A stretch of 64,000 nt of DNA from the IMG/VR virus record IMGVR_UViG_3300031555_004037; one strand, 5' to 3'. The stretch is from a virus (taxonomy: Duplodnaviria; Heunggongvirae; Uroviricota; Caudoviricetes). The notes under the pieces are model-generated. The model saw only the letters and a list, made by a program, of their open reading frames with translations. It did not search any database and had not been told where the DNA came from. Below are positions 38,172 through 49,095 of this stretch, piece by piece. The stretch's first letter is position 1. Each line of letters begins with the position of its first letter. The position numbers were made by a program, and so were the translations under genes.

Positions 38172-39434
38172 ATGGGTCAAAAGAAATGGCAAGAATTTGC
38201 CTCAAATGCGACCTCTCGTATTAAGCAAAACGTCAGAGATAATACGGTAGGTAAAGTAAAAGAAAAAGGAAAAGAAATTTCTAATAATTCTAAACTTATA
38301 CAATTTGCTAAAGCAAAAGATAAAAAGGAATTTCTTAAAAATGGTATTGCAAGTAAAATAAAAGGTTATGAAGCATATAAAAAAGCACAACAAGTAATTG
38401 CAACTGTACAAAAAGCAATAACATTTGTTGTTAGTAATATTAAAGTAATTGCTATTGTAAGTGCTGTTGTAATTTTAGCTTATAATATTACTATAATTGG
38501 TATTAGTATTGGTCAAACAATCGGAAAAACTCCACACTATTATTGTGAAATTGACGCAGATAGTGCTATGAAGAAAAGTGAGTTATATAAACAATATTGT
38601 TCTAATGGTAAATCTGGATTTGAGTTAGAGAATTTAAATGGACATTATGTTGTTCAAGATGGTTCATATCCTTGTACTTGTACATCTATGTTAAATCTTT
38701 TAATAAGATATTATGCTGGACAAAACATAAATTTATATGATTATATGTGGGATGAAACAGGACAATATGACGCTGAAATGTTAGCAAATACACAATACCA
38801 AACTTATACAGGTGTTTCTGTACGAGGTGTTACAAACGGAAACGTCACAAGTAGTACGGGTTCAGACCAATCTTCTTGGGGTGCAAAATATGGTTCGGAA
38901 GATTTTGCACTTAATAATGGTAAAGTAAATTATGATATGCCTAATTGGGGTTATTTACGAGATGATACATTAGATTATAGTGGAGAAGTAATAGACGAAA
39001 ATTTTGCAGAAGATAATTCAAATAATGAGAAATGGGTATGGGATTTGTCATTAGAGAATCGTGGTGCAAAAACTACTTGGAGTGCTGTTTGGGATGGTAT
39101 TTATACAGTAGACGGTCATACAGTAAAAACTGAATCTGTAACAAGTGGTTGGTCAAATGCGTCTGAATTAAAAACCATATTAGATAATAACCCTTATGGA
39201 ATTGTTGCTTATAAAAGTTATACAAAAAGTGATGGTACAGAAAGTGCTCACGCAATCGTAATTACAGGATATGCAGAAGATATATTTTTTGTAATTGACC
39301 CTGGTTTAGGAATGGCTGGTGGATTTGAAGGTCCACATACAAGTTCTAATTTTGTATTGTCAATGTGGAAAGGCGATAATTTAACAAGTGGGGAAGGACT
39401 TCAACTTTATGTGACAGTCAATCCAGTAGAATAA
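38172..39434 (+). CDS. Membrane-anchored C39-like (papain-fold) peptidase
   Basis: Q....C..TS..., HAIVITGY and VIDP triad pattern; TM helix after a basic N-terminus. Confidence 0.65.
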   Translation: MGQKKWQEFASNATSRIKQNVRDNTVGKVKEKGKEISNNSKLIQFAKAKDKKEFLKNGIASKIKGYEAYKKAQQVIATVQKAITFVVSNIKVIAIVSAVVILAYNITIIGISIGQTIGKTPHYYCEIDADSAMKKSELYKQYCSNGKSGFELENLNGHYVVQDGSYPCTCTSMLNLLIRYYAGQNINLYDYMWDETGQYDAEMLANTQYQTYTGVSVRGVTNGNVTSSTGSDQSSWGAKYGSEDFALNNGKVNYDMPNWGYLRDDTLDYSGEVIDENFAEDNSNNEKWVWDLSLENRGAKTTWSAVWDGIYTVDGHTVKTESVTSGWSNASELKTILDNNPYGIVAYKSYTKSDGTESAHAIVITGYAEDIFFVIDPGLGMAGGFEGPHTSSNFVLSMWKGDNLTSGEGLQLYVTVNPVE

Positions 39435-39449
39435 GGTGGTAAGTAAATT

Positions 39450-39944
39450 ATGAGTAGAAAAGTTAAAATAATAATTGCACTTGTAGTATTACTATTAGCC
39501 TTTTTAATTACAATGGTTGTAATTGTTATAAATAAGACTAATAAAGATAATACAATAGTGGATGACGATTTTTCAGATGACCAACAATGGGCAGTAAATA
39601 CAACTGACCCTAATTGGAACGCATCGGAAGAAGAAACAACAGAAGAAACAGAAACTTTAATAGTTGCACAAGTTTCTTATAATGATTTAGAAAAATTATC
39701 TAGTGAGCAATATGCAAATAGAGATAGATATATGACTTTAGTAGATAATTATGCAACAAAACCAATTAAATCTGTAGATATAATTGACTCCAATGACGAA
39801 GTTTTATATATAGTAGCCAATTATAAAGACGAAACAACAGAAGAATTAGTAGTATTATTTGACCCTTATAAAACACACGGATTTATGAGATGTGTTTCAA
39901 GGGAATATTATGAATATATACAAAGTGGAGAAAATGCAGGATAA
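39450..39944 (+). CDS. Membrane-anchored hypothetical protein
   Basis: N-terminal TM helix, acidic region. Confidence 0.65.
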   Translation: MSRKVKIIIALVVLLLAFLITMVVIVINKTNKDNTIVDDDFSDDQQWAVNTTDPNWNASEEETTEETETLIVAQVSYNDLEKLSSEQYANRDRYMTLVDNYATKPIKSVDIIDSNDEVLYIVANYKDETTEELVVLFDPYKTHGFMRCVSREYYEYIQSGENAG

Positions 39945-39968
39945 AATAAGAAAGGGGGTAAAAATAAA

Positions 39969-42900
39969 ATGAATTTTAAAAACAAATTAAAATCATATAG
40001 TCCTGTGATTATTTTATCTGTATTACTAATAATAAGCACATTATTATGTTTTAATATTGTATATGCTAAAAAAGGTTTTAGTAATATTAAGTGGAATTGG
40101 AATAATATTAATGATGAATTAGATGCTGACGTTGATAGTACATATCCATTTGATGTACCGTCAACCGATTCTTCACAACCAGAAATAACATCTATTGGAT
40201 TAGATGTATTATATGGTAAAACAAGAAATTTAGTAACATTTAATGCTGGATTACCAGAGGCAAATACAACTAATGATGATGGAGAGTTAATAGATACTTA
40301 TGATAGTTGTATAGTAGAGGGAACATCTTTATCAAGTGACGGAACACCAAATCCAGGTAAAGATGGAAATAATACGGTATCTGCAAAAGATTATTGGGGA
40401 TTTGATACATCTAATACAGATATATGTGCTTTTGATACAGAAGGAAAAGTAACATTAAGTGATTTACAAAATGTAAATAGTGAAGAAATAGTATCATTAA
40501 GATTATATGCGTTATCTCATTGTAAAAATAAATGGTTTGGAAATATTGGATATTGGTTTGTAAAATTATTGGCTACAGTTGCTTATTTTATTATTGATTT
40601 AATTGTAAAAGCCAAAAATATTGATATGAAAGCCATTTTAGAGATTTTACGATTAGACGATTTAGCAAATAACTTTACTGAAACTTTTATTGGTAATGCT
40701 GATGAGGGTAGAATTTCAGCGTTTATGGCATTTGCAATTATAATGTTTATTTTTGCATTAGTTATGTATGTAATTAGATATGTTCGTGCAAGTAATAAAA
40801 CAGAAAGTTTAAGTAATATTATTGTTACATCCTTATGTGGTGTATTAGTAATTGGTATGTGTTTATCTGGAAGAATTTCTACATTAGGAAGTTCTTTATC
40901 AGATGTAACAGAAAAACTTATGTATGCAGTTGCAGGTTCATTAAGTAGTTCAACAGAAACAGATATATTTGTAACTGATATTGTGGACGAAAAACGACAA
41001 AATCAAGTAACACAAATGCAAGAAATGAGTTTAATCAATAAATCATTTATTGAATTACAATTATGTACTCAATTTGCAGTAGATGATATTGCTGATTTAG
41101 ATGTAAGTAAATTTGGAGATGATGGTGGTACTTTAGCATCTACATATTTAAAATGTGGAGAAAATTTTGAAGATAACTTTGATAATAATTTAGGTTATTA
41201 TTTTTGGTTTGCTAATTCAAGTGCCAAAGAAAAGACAGTTGGAAATAAAACATTACCAGAAACAAATACTGTTGTAGCAGAACAAAAATTAGATTCAATG
41301 ATAACATATTTACAAGTATGTTATAATAATGCAAATTCAACTGAAAAGACTAGAATTACTAATATAATTTTAGGACTAGCAAATAACAATGTTGGTAGTG
41401 GTATTATATCACTATTATTATTTACTATAATTTTAGCAGTTTTAGCAATCTGTTTATTAAAATATGCTTTAAATGTAATGTTTGCTAAATTAGGAATGTT
41501 CTTTGCTTTAATAGGTATGACATTAGCAGGTCCATTTTTAATAACAGGTAATAAAAAACTTATTGAAACAGGTAAAACTATATTAGGTTTAATGGTAGTA
41601 AGTTTAATTCACATTACAGTATATAGTATTTTCTTTGATTTGATTTTATTTATAATTTCTGCTGTTATATCTCCTAAATTTATGGATTTATTATTAGCAG
41701 TATTTTTAGTTGGTTTATTATTCTATTTCAACCCTATGATTCAATCTACATTAAAGAGAATGTTAGAAAGAGCAGAACAATCTGTATGTAAAGATTATTC
41801 TCGTAATGCAAGAGCAGTTAAACAATGGGCTAGACAAAAGGCTAGTGGGGCAATAGATGCTTATGATAGAAAATCTAAAATCGTTGGTTATAACGAAAAT
41901 GGTGACGCTATTTATGAGGCAAATAAGGGTAATAGATTATCTAAAATGTTACATCAAGCACAGAATAATGTATTCAATGAGGGTGCTCAAAGACAAGGTA
42001 TATTTAAGATTAATTCTGAAATGAATAATGCAAGAAATTCAAATGTGGCAAATTCTCGTAGTGCGAAAAGAAAAGCAGCAGAGGCTTTGGTTGCAAAAAC
42101 TCAAGCAAAAATTGCACAAGATTCTCTTTCATATCAGAAAAATCTTGAATTTGAAGAACAACAGAAGATTAGAGATACATATTCTTCTTCTGAAACAGGT
42201 ATCAATTTTAATGAATCAATGCTTACTGCTGAAGAATTAGCAAGAAAGCAAGAAATTGATAAATTAAAGGCAGAACAGAAAGGTTCTGTATTTAGTAAAG
42301 AGGCACAACAATTTGAATTAAATAAAGAACATAATTCTTTAGAAGAACAAATTAAAATTGCTGAATCAAGAAAAGAGATTGTTGACCGTCAAGAGGGAGA
42401 AGAGTTTGACGCTGCAAAGAAACGAGCAGCAAATGAACTTATATCTCTTAAAATGAAAATGGCAGCAAATCAACAGAAAATCAATGATATTGCTAAAGAA
42501 CGAGAAGCATTTGAACAACAACAAGCAGAAAGAGAGAATAATATCAATTCTAAATCTGCAAGTCTTGTATCTGATATAAATGAAAGAATAAATCGAGAAA
42601 CATTAGAAAATCACGATTTAGGACAATATAGTTCATTTGAAGAGGCTGCTGACCATAAGGCTCAAGAAGACCATAAAGATGAACTTAAAAAGGCATTGGA
42701 TAATCAAATTGCAGAAGCATCTGTTGACGCAAATACTAAAGTTCAAGATAAGATTGGTGGAAAGAAGACTGTTAATAAAGAGGCTATGAGTTCATTAGCA
42801 GCTGCTCAATATCAATCTAAACAATTAGAAGAGGGATATTTAGTATCTGGTAAAGCAGAAGCAGAATCAATAACTAAAGATATTGTTGACGCAGTTGCTC

Positions 42901-43337
42901 GTAAAAAGGGTTCAAGTACACAGAAAAACCCTGAAATACAAGCAGGATATGCTAAACACGATGTTGCAACAACTCGTAATTCTCATAAAGAAAGAGCCGA
43001 AGCACATAAAGACGCAAGACAATCTGTTAAAGACGCTAAACAAAAAGACAGAGAGAATAAAGCAACAGGTAAGTCTTATGTAAAAGAGGCTAAACACGAT
43101 AATGGTAGAGTAATATCTTCTACAAATATATCAGAGGATATTACAGCAGCATTAAAACATCTTGAAGCACAGTCAAGACAGATTGATAATGAAAAAGCGT
43201 CATTAGATAAGGCAAGACGAGAAGAAAATAAAGCAACAGCAGGTCGTGGAGATGCGAAAGCATATAAAGGACATCAAGACACAAACACAAATCGTGGGGG
43301 AAATCCAACATCTGCTCGTAGAGAAGATTATAATTAG
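39969..43337 (+). CDS. VirB6/TcpH-like polytopic membrane protein with long coiled-coil tail
   Basis: Signal peptide, two TM clusters, ~500-aa charged C-terminus; architecture parallels 12188 and 16085. Confidence 0.6.
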   Translation: MNFKNKLKSYSPVIILSVLLIISTLLCFNIVYAKKGFSNIKWNWNNINDELDADVDSTYPFDVPSTDSSQPEITSIGLDVLYGKTRNLVTFNAGLPEANTTNDDGELIDTYDSCIVEGTSLSSDGTPNPGKDGNNTVSAKDYWGFDTSNTDICAFDTEGKVTLSDLQNVNSEEIVSLRLYALSHCKNKWFGNIGYWFVKLLATVAYFIIDLIVKAKNIDMKAILEILRLDDLANNFTETFIGNADEGRISAFMAFAIIMFIFALVMYVIRYVRASNKTESLSNIIVTSLCGVLVIGMCLSGRISTLGSSLSDVTEKLMYAVAGSLSSSTETDIFVTDIVDEKRQNQVTQMQEMSLINKSFIELQLCTQFAVDDIADLDVSKFGDDGGTLASTYLKCGENFEDNFDNNLGYYFWFANSSAKEKTVGNKTLPETNTVVAEQKLDSMITYLQVCYNNANSTEKTRITNIILGLANNNVGSGIISLLLFTIILAVLAICLLKYALNVMFAKLGMFFALIGMTLAGPFLITGNKKLIETGKTILGLMVVSLIHITVYSIFFDLILFIISAVISPKFMDLLLAVFLVGLLFYFNPMIQSTLKRMLERAEQSVCKDYSRNARAVKQWARQKASGAIDAYDRKSKIVGYNENGDAIYEANKGNRLSKMLHQAQNNVFNEGAQRQGIFKINSEMNNARNSNVANSRSAKRKAAEALVAKTQAKIAQDSLSYQKNLEFEEQQKIRDTYSSSETGINFNESMLTAEELARKQEIDKLKAEQKGSVFSKEAQQFELNKEHNSLEEQIKIAESRKEIVDRQEGEEFDAAKKRAANELISLKMKMAANQQKINDIAKEREAFEQQQAERENNINSKSASLVSDINERINRETLENHDLGQYSSFEEAADHKAQEDHKDELKKALDNQIAEASVDANTKVQDKIGGKKTVNKEAMSSLAAAQYQSKQLEEGYLVSGKAEAESITKDIVDAVARKKGSSTQKNPEIQAGYAKHDVATTRNSHKERAEAHKDARQSVKDAKQKDRENKATGKSYVKEAKHDNGRVISSTNISEDITAALKHLEAQSRQIDNEKASLDKARREENKATAGRGDAKAYKGHQDTNTNRGGNPTSARREDYN

Positions 43338-43353
43338 AAAGGAAATTAAGACA

Positions 43354-44199
43354 ATGATTAAAGGATTTATGGGTAAAACACACGCATTATTAAGTATTAT
43401 GCTTATGTGCATCTGTATGTTAATTCCTATAAATTTCTTCAAAGAAACAATATGGCTATTAAAAGAGAATGTATTATTTTTTATAGTAGGACTTATTGTA
43501 ATTGTAGGTGGTGCATTACTACCTGACCTAGATAATAGTCAATCTAGTGCTGGTAGCACATTAGGTTTTATGGGTAGTATATGCACTATCTTTATGCAAT
43601 CAATTAGTTCTATTGTTTGGACACTTTTTCACGGAAAAGGGGATAGACACCCTATGACACCACATAGGTATTTTTGGCATACATTATTAGCAAGTGGAAT
43701 TATATTAAGTCTATTTATATTTGGAATAGAAAATGGAGATGAAACGATATTAAGTTGTATTAAATCGGAATCAATTTCTATATTTCTACAAAAGCATACC
43801 ATATTATTATTTTTAATAATAGTAGTTTTTATGGCAGTATTATGTGGTAGTGATATGATTTTATATAGACTTATTAAATGGTTTAAATTACCGAAAGCAT
43901 TAAGTTACATAATTCCTGTATTAGTGTTAATTTATATATTTGTTATAGATATAACACATTTAAGAATATTAGGAATATGTGTAGGACTAGGCTATTTATT
44001 CCATATAATTGAAGATTTTTTTGCTGATAGTGGATGTCCATTATTTTTCCCTATTCCAATAAAGAGAAAAATGTGGTACAGATGTAATTTTATAATTACT
44101 TGTCAAACAGGGGGATTAGTAAATACTATTATAGATATTATTATCTTAATAGTAGATATTGGTTTAATAGCATTTATTTTTCTAGGAGGTAATTTATGA
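43354..44199 (+). CDS. Membrane-bound metal-dependent hydrolase (YdjM-like)
   Basis: MGKTH, GALLPDLD, HR..WH and HIIED..DSG.P motifs. Confidence 0.8.
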   Translation: MIKGFMGKTHALLSIMLMCICMLIPINFFKETIWLLKENVLFFIVGLIVIVGGALLPDLDNSQSSAGSTLGFMGSICTIFMQSISSIVWTLFHGKGDRHPMTPHRYFWHTLLASGIILSLFIFGIENGDETILSCIKSESISIFLQKHTILLFLIIVVFMAVLCGSDMILYRLIKWFKLPKALSYIIPVLVLIYIFVIDITHLRILGICVGLGYLFHIIEDFFADSGCPLFFPIPIKRKMWYRCNFIITCQTGGLVNTIIDIIILIVDIGLIAFIFLGGNL

Positions 44200-45233
44200 T
44201 AGAGTGGAATTATGCGGGTGATGCTGACATAACGATTGGCGAAGTCCATATTAGTAAAACATCAAAAATTCTCCTTATATTACTTATTATTGGTTTAGTT
44301 ATATTAGGGGGACTTGCTATCTATTTCAGAGCCTATATTTATGATTATATCGCTAATCCTTCCATTATTCTGACAGATAAAGAAATTGAATTAGAAATTA
44401 ATTCAGACTTTAATCCAGAAGAATATATTGCAAATAGTACCGAGGGATATACTTATGAGATTATTGGTTCTGATATTGATACATCAAAATTAAATACTTA
44501 TAGAGTGACTTACAACTCAAAAAATAAAATGAGAAGTAATTCAGTAGAATTGATTGTTAATGTTGTTGATACAACAGCACCAGAAATAGAATTGATTAAA
44601 GATATGGATTTATTAGTTCGTGGTAAAGATACTGATAATTTCAATCCTAGTAAATATATTAAGAAAATAACAGATAATTATTCTGATGAAGATAATATAA
44701 AAGTTGATTATACAACTGATATTGATTTTTCTAAAGATACTGTTCAAATTGTATTTACTGCAACAGACGAAAATGATAATGTTGGTACTAAAACTTTAAA
44801 TCTTGCTATCTTTGAAAATCAAGAAGAATTAGAATTTGAACAAGAAAAACAAGAAGAACAAAATAATAACAATAATAATAATGGTGGTGGAAATAATGGT
44901 AATAATGGTGGAAATAATACCCCACAACAACCCACAAATCCCCCTCCTGCAACCGAACAGCCAACAACACAACAACCTACAACACAGCAACCACAACAAC
45001 AAGGTAGGTCAATTTCAGGTGTTCATAATGTAACAAAGAGTTGGGCTGACCAAAGTTGGACATTAGCAAGTGCTTTTGCTGAATTAACAAGTGGAGTATC
45101 TTGTACAGGAGATAGTGTTCAATTAAATGGTATGGGTCAACAAATTGCTGGACCTGGTACATATACATTTACTTGGGTATATACATCTGATGGTTCTACA
45201 GCAGCAACTTGTTATATCATTGTTACCGATTAA
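44196..45233 (+). CDS. Membrane-anchored Ig-like-domain surface protein
   Basis: TM anchor; VVDTTAPEI and TATDE..N Ig-like repeats; N/G/Q linker; C-terminal domain shared with 45250. Confidence 0.7.
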   Translation: MIEWNYAGDADITIGEVHISKTSKILLILLIIGLVILGGLAIYFRAYIYDYIANPSIILTDKEIELEINSDFNPEEYIANSTEGYTYEIIGSDIDTSKLNTYRVTYNSKNKMRSNSVELIVNVVDTTAPEIELIKDMDLLVRGKDTDNFNPSKYIKKITDNYSDEDNIKVDYTTDIDFSKDTVQIVFTATDENDNVGTKTLNLAIFENQEELEFEQEKQEEQNNNNNNNGGGNNGNNGGNNTPQQPTNPPPATEQPTTQQPTTQQPQQQGRSISGVHNVTKSWADQSWTLASAFAELTSGVSCTGDSVQLNGMGQQIAGPGTYTFTWVYTSDGSTAATCYIIVTD

Positions 45234-45249
45234 AAGAAAGGAAATTAAA

Positions 45250-46014
45250 ATGATTAGATATATTAAATTAAGTTTTATTATATGTATTTTAAGTTTATGT
45301 CTAATCGGTTGTTCTAATAAAGAAAATATCGAAGAACAAAAAGTAGAAGATACCTCTATTGTAGAAGAAGAAACTTTTATTGACGGGGTTCACGATATTA
45401 CTATTGATGAAGATACAGACCCTCAAGATATGTTTAATAAACTGATTGAGGGTGTATCTTATTCAGGATATTCATTAAATGTATCTAATGTGAATATCTT
45501 AAATCCAGGTGAGTATGAAGCATATTGGGAAGATAATAAGGGAAATAGAGTTGTTTGTAAAGTTATTGTAAATGATGTTGAAGAAATTACAACAGAAGTT
45601 ATTGAAGAAACGTCAGAAGAAATTTCAGAAGATGTAACAACCGAAGAAATTTCAGAAACACCGATACAAACACCACAAGAAACAACTCAACCTACTCAAC
45701 CCACAACAGAAACACCCACTCAACCAAAGGAAGAACCGATTGTAGAAGAAACTCCTACAACTACTGAACAAGAAATACCACAAGGAAATACAATAAGTGG
45801 AGTACATAATATAACAAAAAGTTGGGCAGATACAAGTTGGAATACACAAACTGTTTTAATGGAGTTATATTCAGGTGTTTCTTGTACAGGAAATGATACA
45901 GCGACATTAAAATATACAAGTGGACAACCAACAGGTCCAGGCACATATACATACACTTGGTATTGGTCAGACGGTAGTGTAGCATCTACTTGTTATTTAT
46001 ATGTAACAGAATAA
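45250..46014 (+). CDS. Lipoprotein, partial paralog of 44196
   Basis: Lipobox LIGC; C-terminal ISGVHNITKSWAD...GPGTYTYTW...TCY domain. Confidence 0.7.
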   Translation: MIRYIKLSFIICILSLCLIGCSNKENIEEQKVEDTSIVEEETFIDGVHDITIDEDTDPQDMFNKLIEGVSYSGYSLNVSNVNILNPGEYEAYWEDNKGNRVVCKVIVNDVEEITTEVIEETSEEISEDVTTEEISETPIQTPQETTQPTQPTTETPTQPKEEPIVEETPTTTEQEIPQGNTISGVHNITKSWADTSWNTQTVLMELYSGVSCTGNDTATLKYTSGQPTGPGTYTYTWYWSDGSVASTCYLYVTE

Positions 46015-46033
46015 AAATTACTAGAAGGGAATT

Positions 46034-46237
46034 ATGCAAAAAATGGATATAATTGCAAAGAAAAACCAACTATTTGATGAAAATTTCAATAGTATAACTA
46101 CCGATGTTGAAGAAATTATTTCATTTTGTGATATATTAAGAAATAAGACAGGAGTACAAGTTTGTAATTGTTTTGGAATGATGTATGAGTATTTACCTCA
46201 AGTATATAATAGTGTGGTAAAACTAAATGAAATGTAA
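46034..46237 (+). CDS. Small hypothetical protein
   Basis: RBS; overlaps the next start codon. Confidence 0.5.
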   Translation: MQKMDIIAKKNQLFDENFNSITTDVEEIISFCDILRNKTGVQVCNCFGMMYEYLPQVYNSVVKLNEM

Positions 46238-46898
46238 AATATGTGGAAAAGATTGTGGCACTTATGTAGTTTGTTATGAACATAGAGAGAAAAAGTATAA
46301 AGATACTTGCAAACTACACGGTGTCACAAATTTTGTTAATAGACAATGTTTAAAATGTAAACAATTAAAAGAGCCTATGTATTTAATAAAGAATAAAAAA
46401 GATAGATTTGGTAAGAAGATTACTAAAACACATTTTTTATATCCTTATTTAGATAGGCTCACAAACTTTGATAAATCCTATCAAAAACAATTTCAACAAA
46501 GAATATCACAAAAAGCAGGTATCTATGGAATATTTCATAAAAACACTTGTCTATATGTAGGACAGAGTGTAAATATTTCTAATAGAATAAATCAACACAG
46601 AGAAAATTTTAAAGTAGCACAGCATCATATAAATGGTACTCGTGCTTGGAAAAAGAAAATTTCTATTAGTAAAATGAAACATAAAGTAGAATATAAATAC
46701 TATGAAATGGCTAGTAGTTATAAATTAAACGATTTAACTTTCAAAAAATTATTTTCTATACCTTATATAGAAGATGAATTTGAATTTAATGAATTACTTA
46801 CATACGCAGAACAGACAATGATTGAAACATATCAACCAAAATTTAATCATATTGCTGCAAGACCAACTAGAAAAGAGAATTTAAGAGTAAAAAATTAA
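46227..46898 (+). CDS. GIY-YIG endonuclease with N-terminal zinc-finger motifs
   Basis: CKIC...C..H...C..H...CLKC; GIYGI...LYVGQS..I..R..QH; EQ..I...P.FN. Confidence 0.8.
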   Translation: MKCKICGKDCGTYVVCYEHREKKYKDTCKLHGVTNFVNRQCLKCKQLKEPMYLIKNKKDRFGKKITKTHFLYPYLDRLTNFDKSYQKQFQQRISQKAGIYGIFHKNTCLYVGQSVNISNRINQHRENFKVAQHHINGTRAWKKKISISKMKHKVEYKYYEMASSYKLNDLTFKKLFSIPYIEDEFEFNELLTYAEQTMIETYQPKFNHIAARPTRKENLRVKN

Positions 46899-46959
46899 GG
46901 ACTATTTAATTATACAATAATAATAACAAAAATAATTTTTGTTAGAAAGGATGGAAATT

Positions 46960-47511
46960 ATGTCAATGGATTTTATTATATTGTGTATTTTAATCAGTAT
47001 AATTGCTAGATGTATATTACTTAAAAAGCACGATATAAAATGGTGGAAAGGATTAGTACCTGGTTATAATAAATATTTACTAGGGAAAATCAGTAACAAA
47101 GAGAAATTAGGAAAAATAAATGCGATATTACACCCATTTTCTACAATCTACTTATTTGCTTGTTTTGTATTTGAAATGTGGATTTTACAAGAATACAGTT
47201 CACAAGTAATAATTCCAACAAATGTAGAAATGGATAGTAAAATTTATTTATCCGTACCAGATACTATTGCAAATATTGCTATATGGTCAAAATATTTGTT
47301 AATTGCATTAGGTTTGGTAACACTTATTGTATGGTGTATGATGATGTGGGAATTTACAAAGATACATAAAAGGTCTGCTTGGTGGATATTATTATGGTTT
47401 TCAATACCAGCAATTCCTTATTGTGCTTTTGCAATGAGTAATGAAGTTGTAATTGACGGTAAGAGATATAAATATGAAAGAGTAGAAGTTAATGAATCAC
47501 GAAAATCATAG
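46960..47511 (+). CDS. Membrane protein (DUF5684-like)
   Basis: WWKGLVP.YN.Y motif; four TM helices. Confidence 0.6.
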   Translation: MSMDFIILCILISIIARCILLKKHDIKWWKGLVPGYNKYLLGKISNKEKLGKINAILHPFSTIYLFACFVFEMWILQEYSSQVIIPTNVEMDSKIYLSVPDTIANIAIWSKYLLIALGLVTLIVWCMMMWEFTKIHKRSAWWILLWFSIPAIPYCAFAMSNEVVIDGKRYKYERVEVNESRKS

Positions 47512-48592
47512 TAGTTCATTAGATTTATTAGCCCTACAAGACCAAGAAGTAGTTAAAAATACCTTTTATCGTTATCCAAAAGTAAGTCCACATACAACAT
47601 TATATGAAGACCATTTAGAAGTAAAAACTATAGATGAGTCCGTAGATTTATATAAATTAGACGAAGTGGTATTATATATTTTATCTACATATAAATGGAT
47701 TCCATTATGGTTAATTCAACAATGGTTTGAAGATTATAATAAAGATGGTTTTCTATATGCGTCCAAATGGATAAAAGTTGGTTTAGTATGGGCAGAAACA
47801 ACTGCTTTAGGGGTATTTATAAGACCAACTAAATATTTATTAGATTTAATGATAGATGAACCAGATAAAGCAAAAGAAGAAAGAAAAAAGAGTTGGGTTG
47901 ATATAAATTTCAACCTTATAAATCATACTTGTGCCGAAGAACAAGCAATGTTTGATATTATGATGGGTAATCCAAAATCTGAACTATGGATGGCTATGCA
48001 AATGGCAGGGATTAAATTATTACCTTGTTATCATCCATTACATATCAAAGCACCAGGAGAACAAGGAACAATTATTATTCCAGAAACAGAATTTGGTGTA
48101 AATGTATTTGATAAAACAGCATTAGAGAATAGTTTAGATAAATTAAAAAGTTCTATTAATAGTAGTAATGCTTGGTCAGAAGAATTTAAAGATTATAGTT
48201 TATTTCCTATTATTACTTATAATAAGGATGATAAAATTGTAACACAAAGACCAGATTTAGTTATTCCTATTCCTAGAGTGAATGGAAACCCACAAAGTTG
48301 TTCTATTGAATTAGAATTAACAGCAAAAACGAAAGAAAAATATGATGATATTATGTATAATTATCGAAATAATTTAACTTTTGGTTGTTTATTTTATTTA
48401 TGTGCTACTAATGGAATTGCTAATTTAGTAAGAAAATCATATATAAATATAGGTGGTTTAGGTACTTGTAGATTATTTATTGTACCTTATGTAGCACCAG
48501 CACAAAAAATATATGATGTAAAGCAAGATGAAATAGCAACAAAACAAATTGTAAAATTAACAGTAGATAATACTAAAAAGGAAGGAATTTAA
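47492..48592 (+). CDS. Replication-relaxation (Replic_Relax)-like protein, candidate relaxase
   Basis: wHTH-like N-terminus, HT motif, RPDL...SIELELT.K...Y...Y nuclease-like motif; near the coupling protein gene. Confidence 0.55.
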   Translation: MNHENHSSSLDLLALQDQEVVKNTFYRYPKVSPHTTLYEDHLEVKTIDESVDLYKLDEVVLYILSTYKWIPLWLIQQWFEDYNKDGFLYASKWIKVGLVWAETTALGVFIRPTKYLLDLMIDEPDKAKEERKKSWVDINFNLINHTCAEEQAMFDIMMGNPKSELWMAMQMAGIKLLPCYHPLHIKAPGEQGTIIIPETEFGVNVFDKTALENSLDKLKSSINSSNAWSEEFKDYSLFPIITYNKDDKIVTQRPDLVIPIPRVNGNPQSCSIELELTAKTKEKYDDIMYNYRNNLTFGCLFYLCATNGIANLVRKSYINIGGLGTCRLFIVPYVAPAQKIYDVKQDEIATKQIVKLTVDNTKKEGI

Positions 48593-48597
48593 ACAAT

Positions 48598-49074
48598 ATG
48601 AGTGATAAAACAAACAAAAAACCATTATATAAAAGATGGTATATTATTGTATTATGTATTTTATTAGTGGTAACTTTTATTTTTAATTTGAAATATACCT
48701 TTGTATTAGTTGCAGGTAATTCAATGAATCCTACTTATAACGGAAAACAAGTTTTAATTGCTGATAAAAAAGACACAGAAGATTTAGAAAGATTTGATGT
48801 GGTAATTGTTTATACAGATAAAAAATGTTTAATTAAGAGAGTTATTGGTTTACCTGGTGAAACTATTGAATACAAAGAAAATAATTTATATATTGACGGT
48901 CAAAGAATTGTTGATGATTATAATTTTGGTCCAACAGAAGATTTTAGTGCTACTATAAGTGAGCACGGATATTATTGTTTGGGAGATAATAGAAATCATT
49001 CACTAGACTCAAGATTTTATGGAGAGTTTACTGACGACCACATTATTGCAAAAGTTTTATTTGTAAAATACTAA
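48598..49074 (+). CDS. lepB: Signal peptidase I
   Basis: GNSMNPT, IKRVIGLPG and GDNR..S.DSR motifs. Confidence 0.92.
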   Translation: MSDKTNKKPLYKRWYIIVLCILLVVTFIFNLKYTFVLVAGNSMNPTYNGKQVLIADKKDTEDLERFDVVIVYTDKKCLIKRVIGLPGETIEYKENNLYIDGQRIVDDYNFGPTEDFSATISEHGYYCLGDNRNHSLDSRFYGEFTDDHIIAKVLFVKY

Positions 49075-49095
49075 ATAAGAAAGGGGGAATTTTAA

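Noticed and set aside
19290..45780. Short in-frame tandem repeats in P/Q/T/E/N-rich linkers (ParA-like, 21301, 23955, 34036, 44196, 45250)
   Set aside because: Ordinary low-complexity protein linkers rather than DNA-level elements
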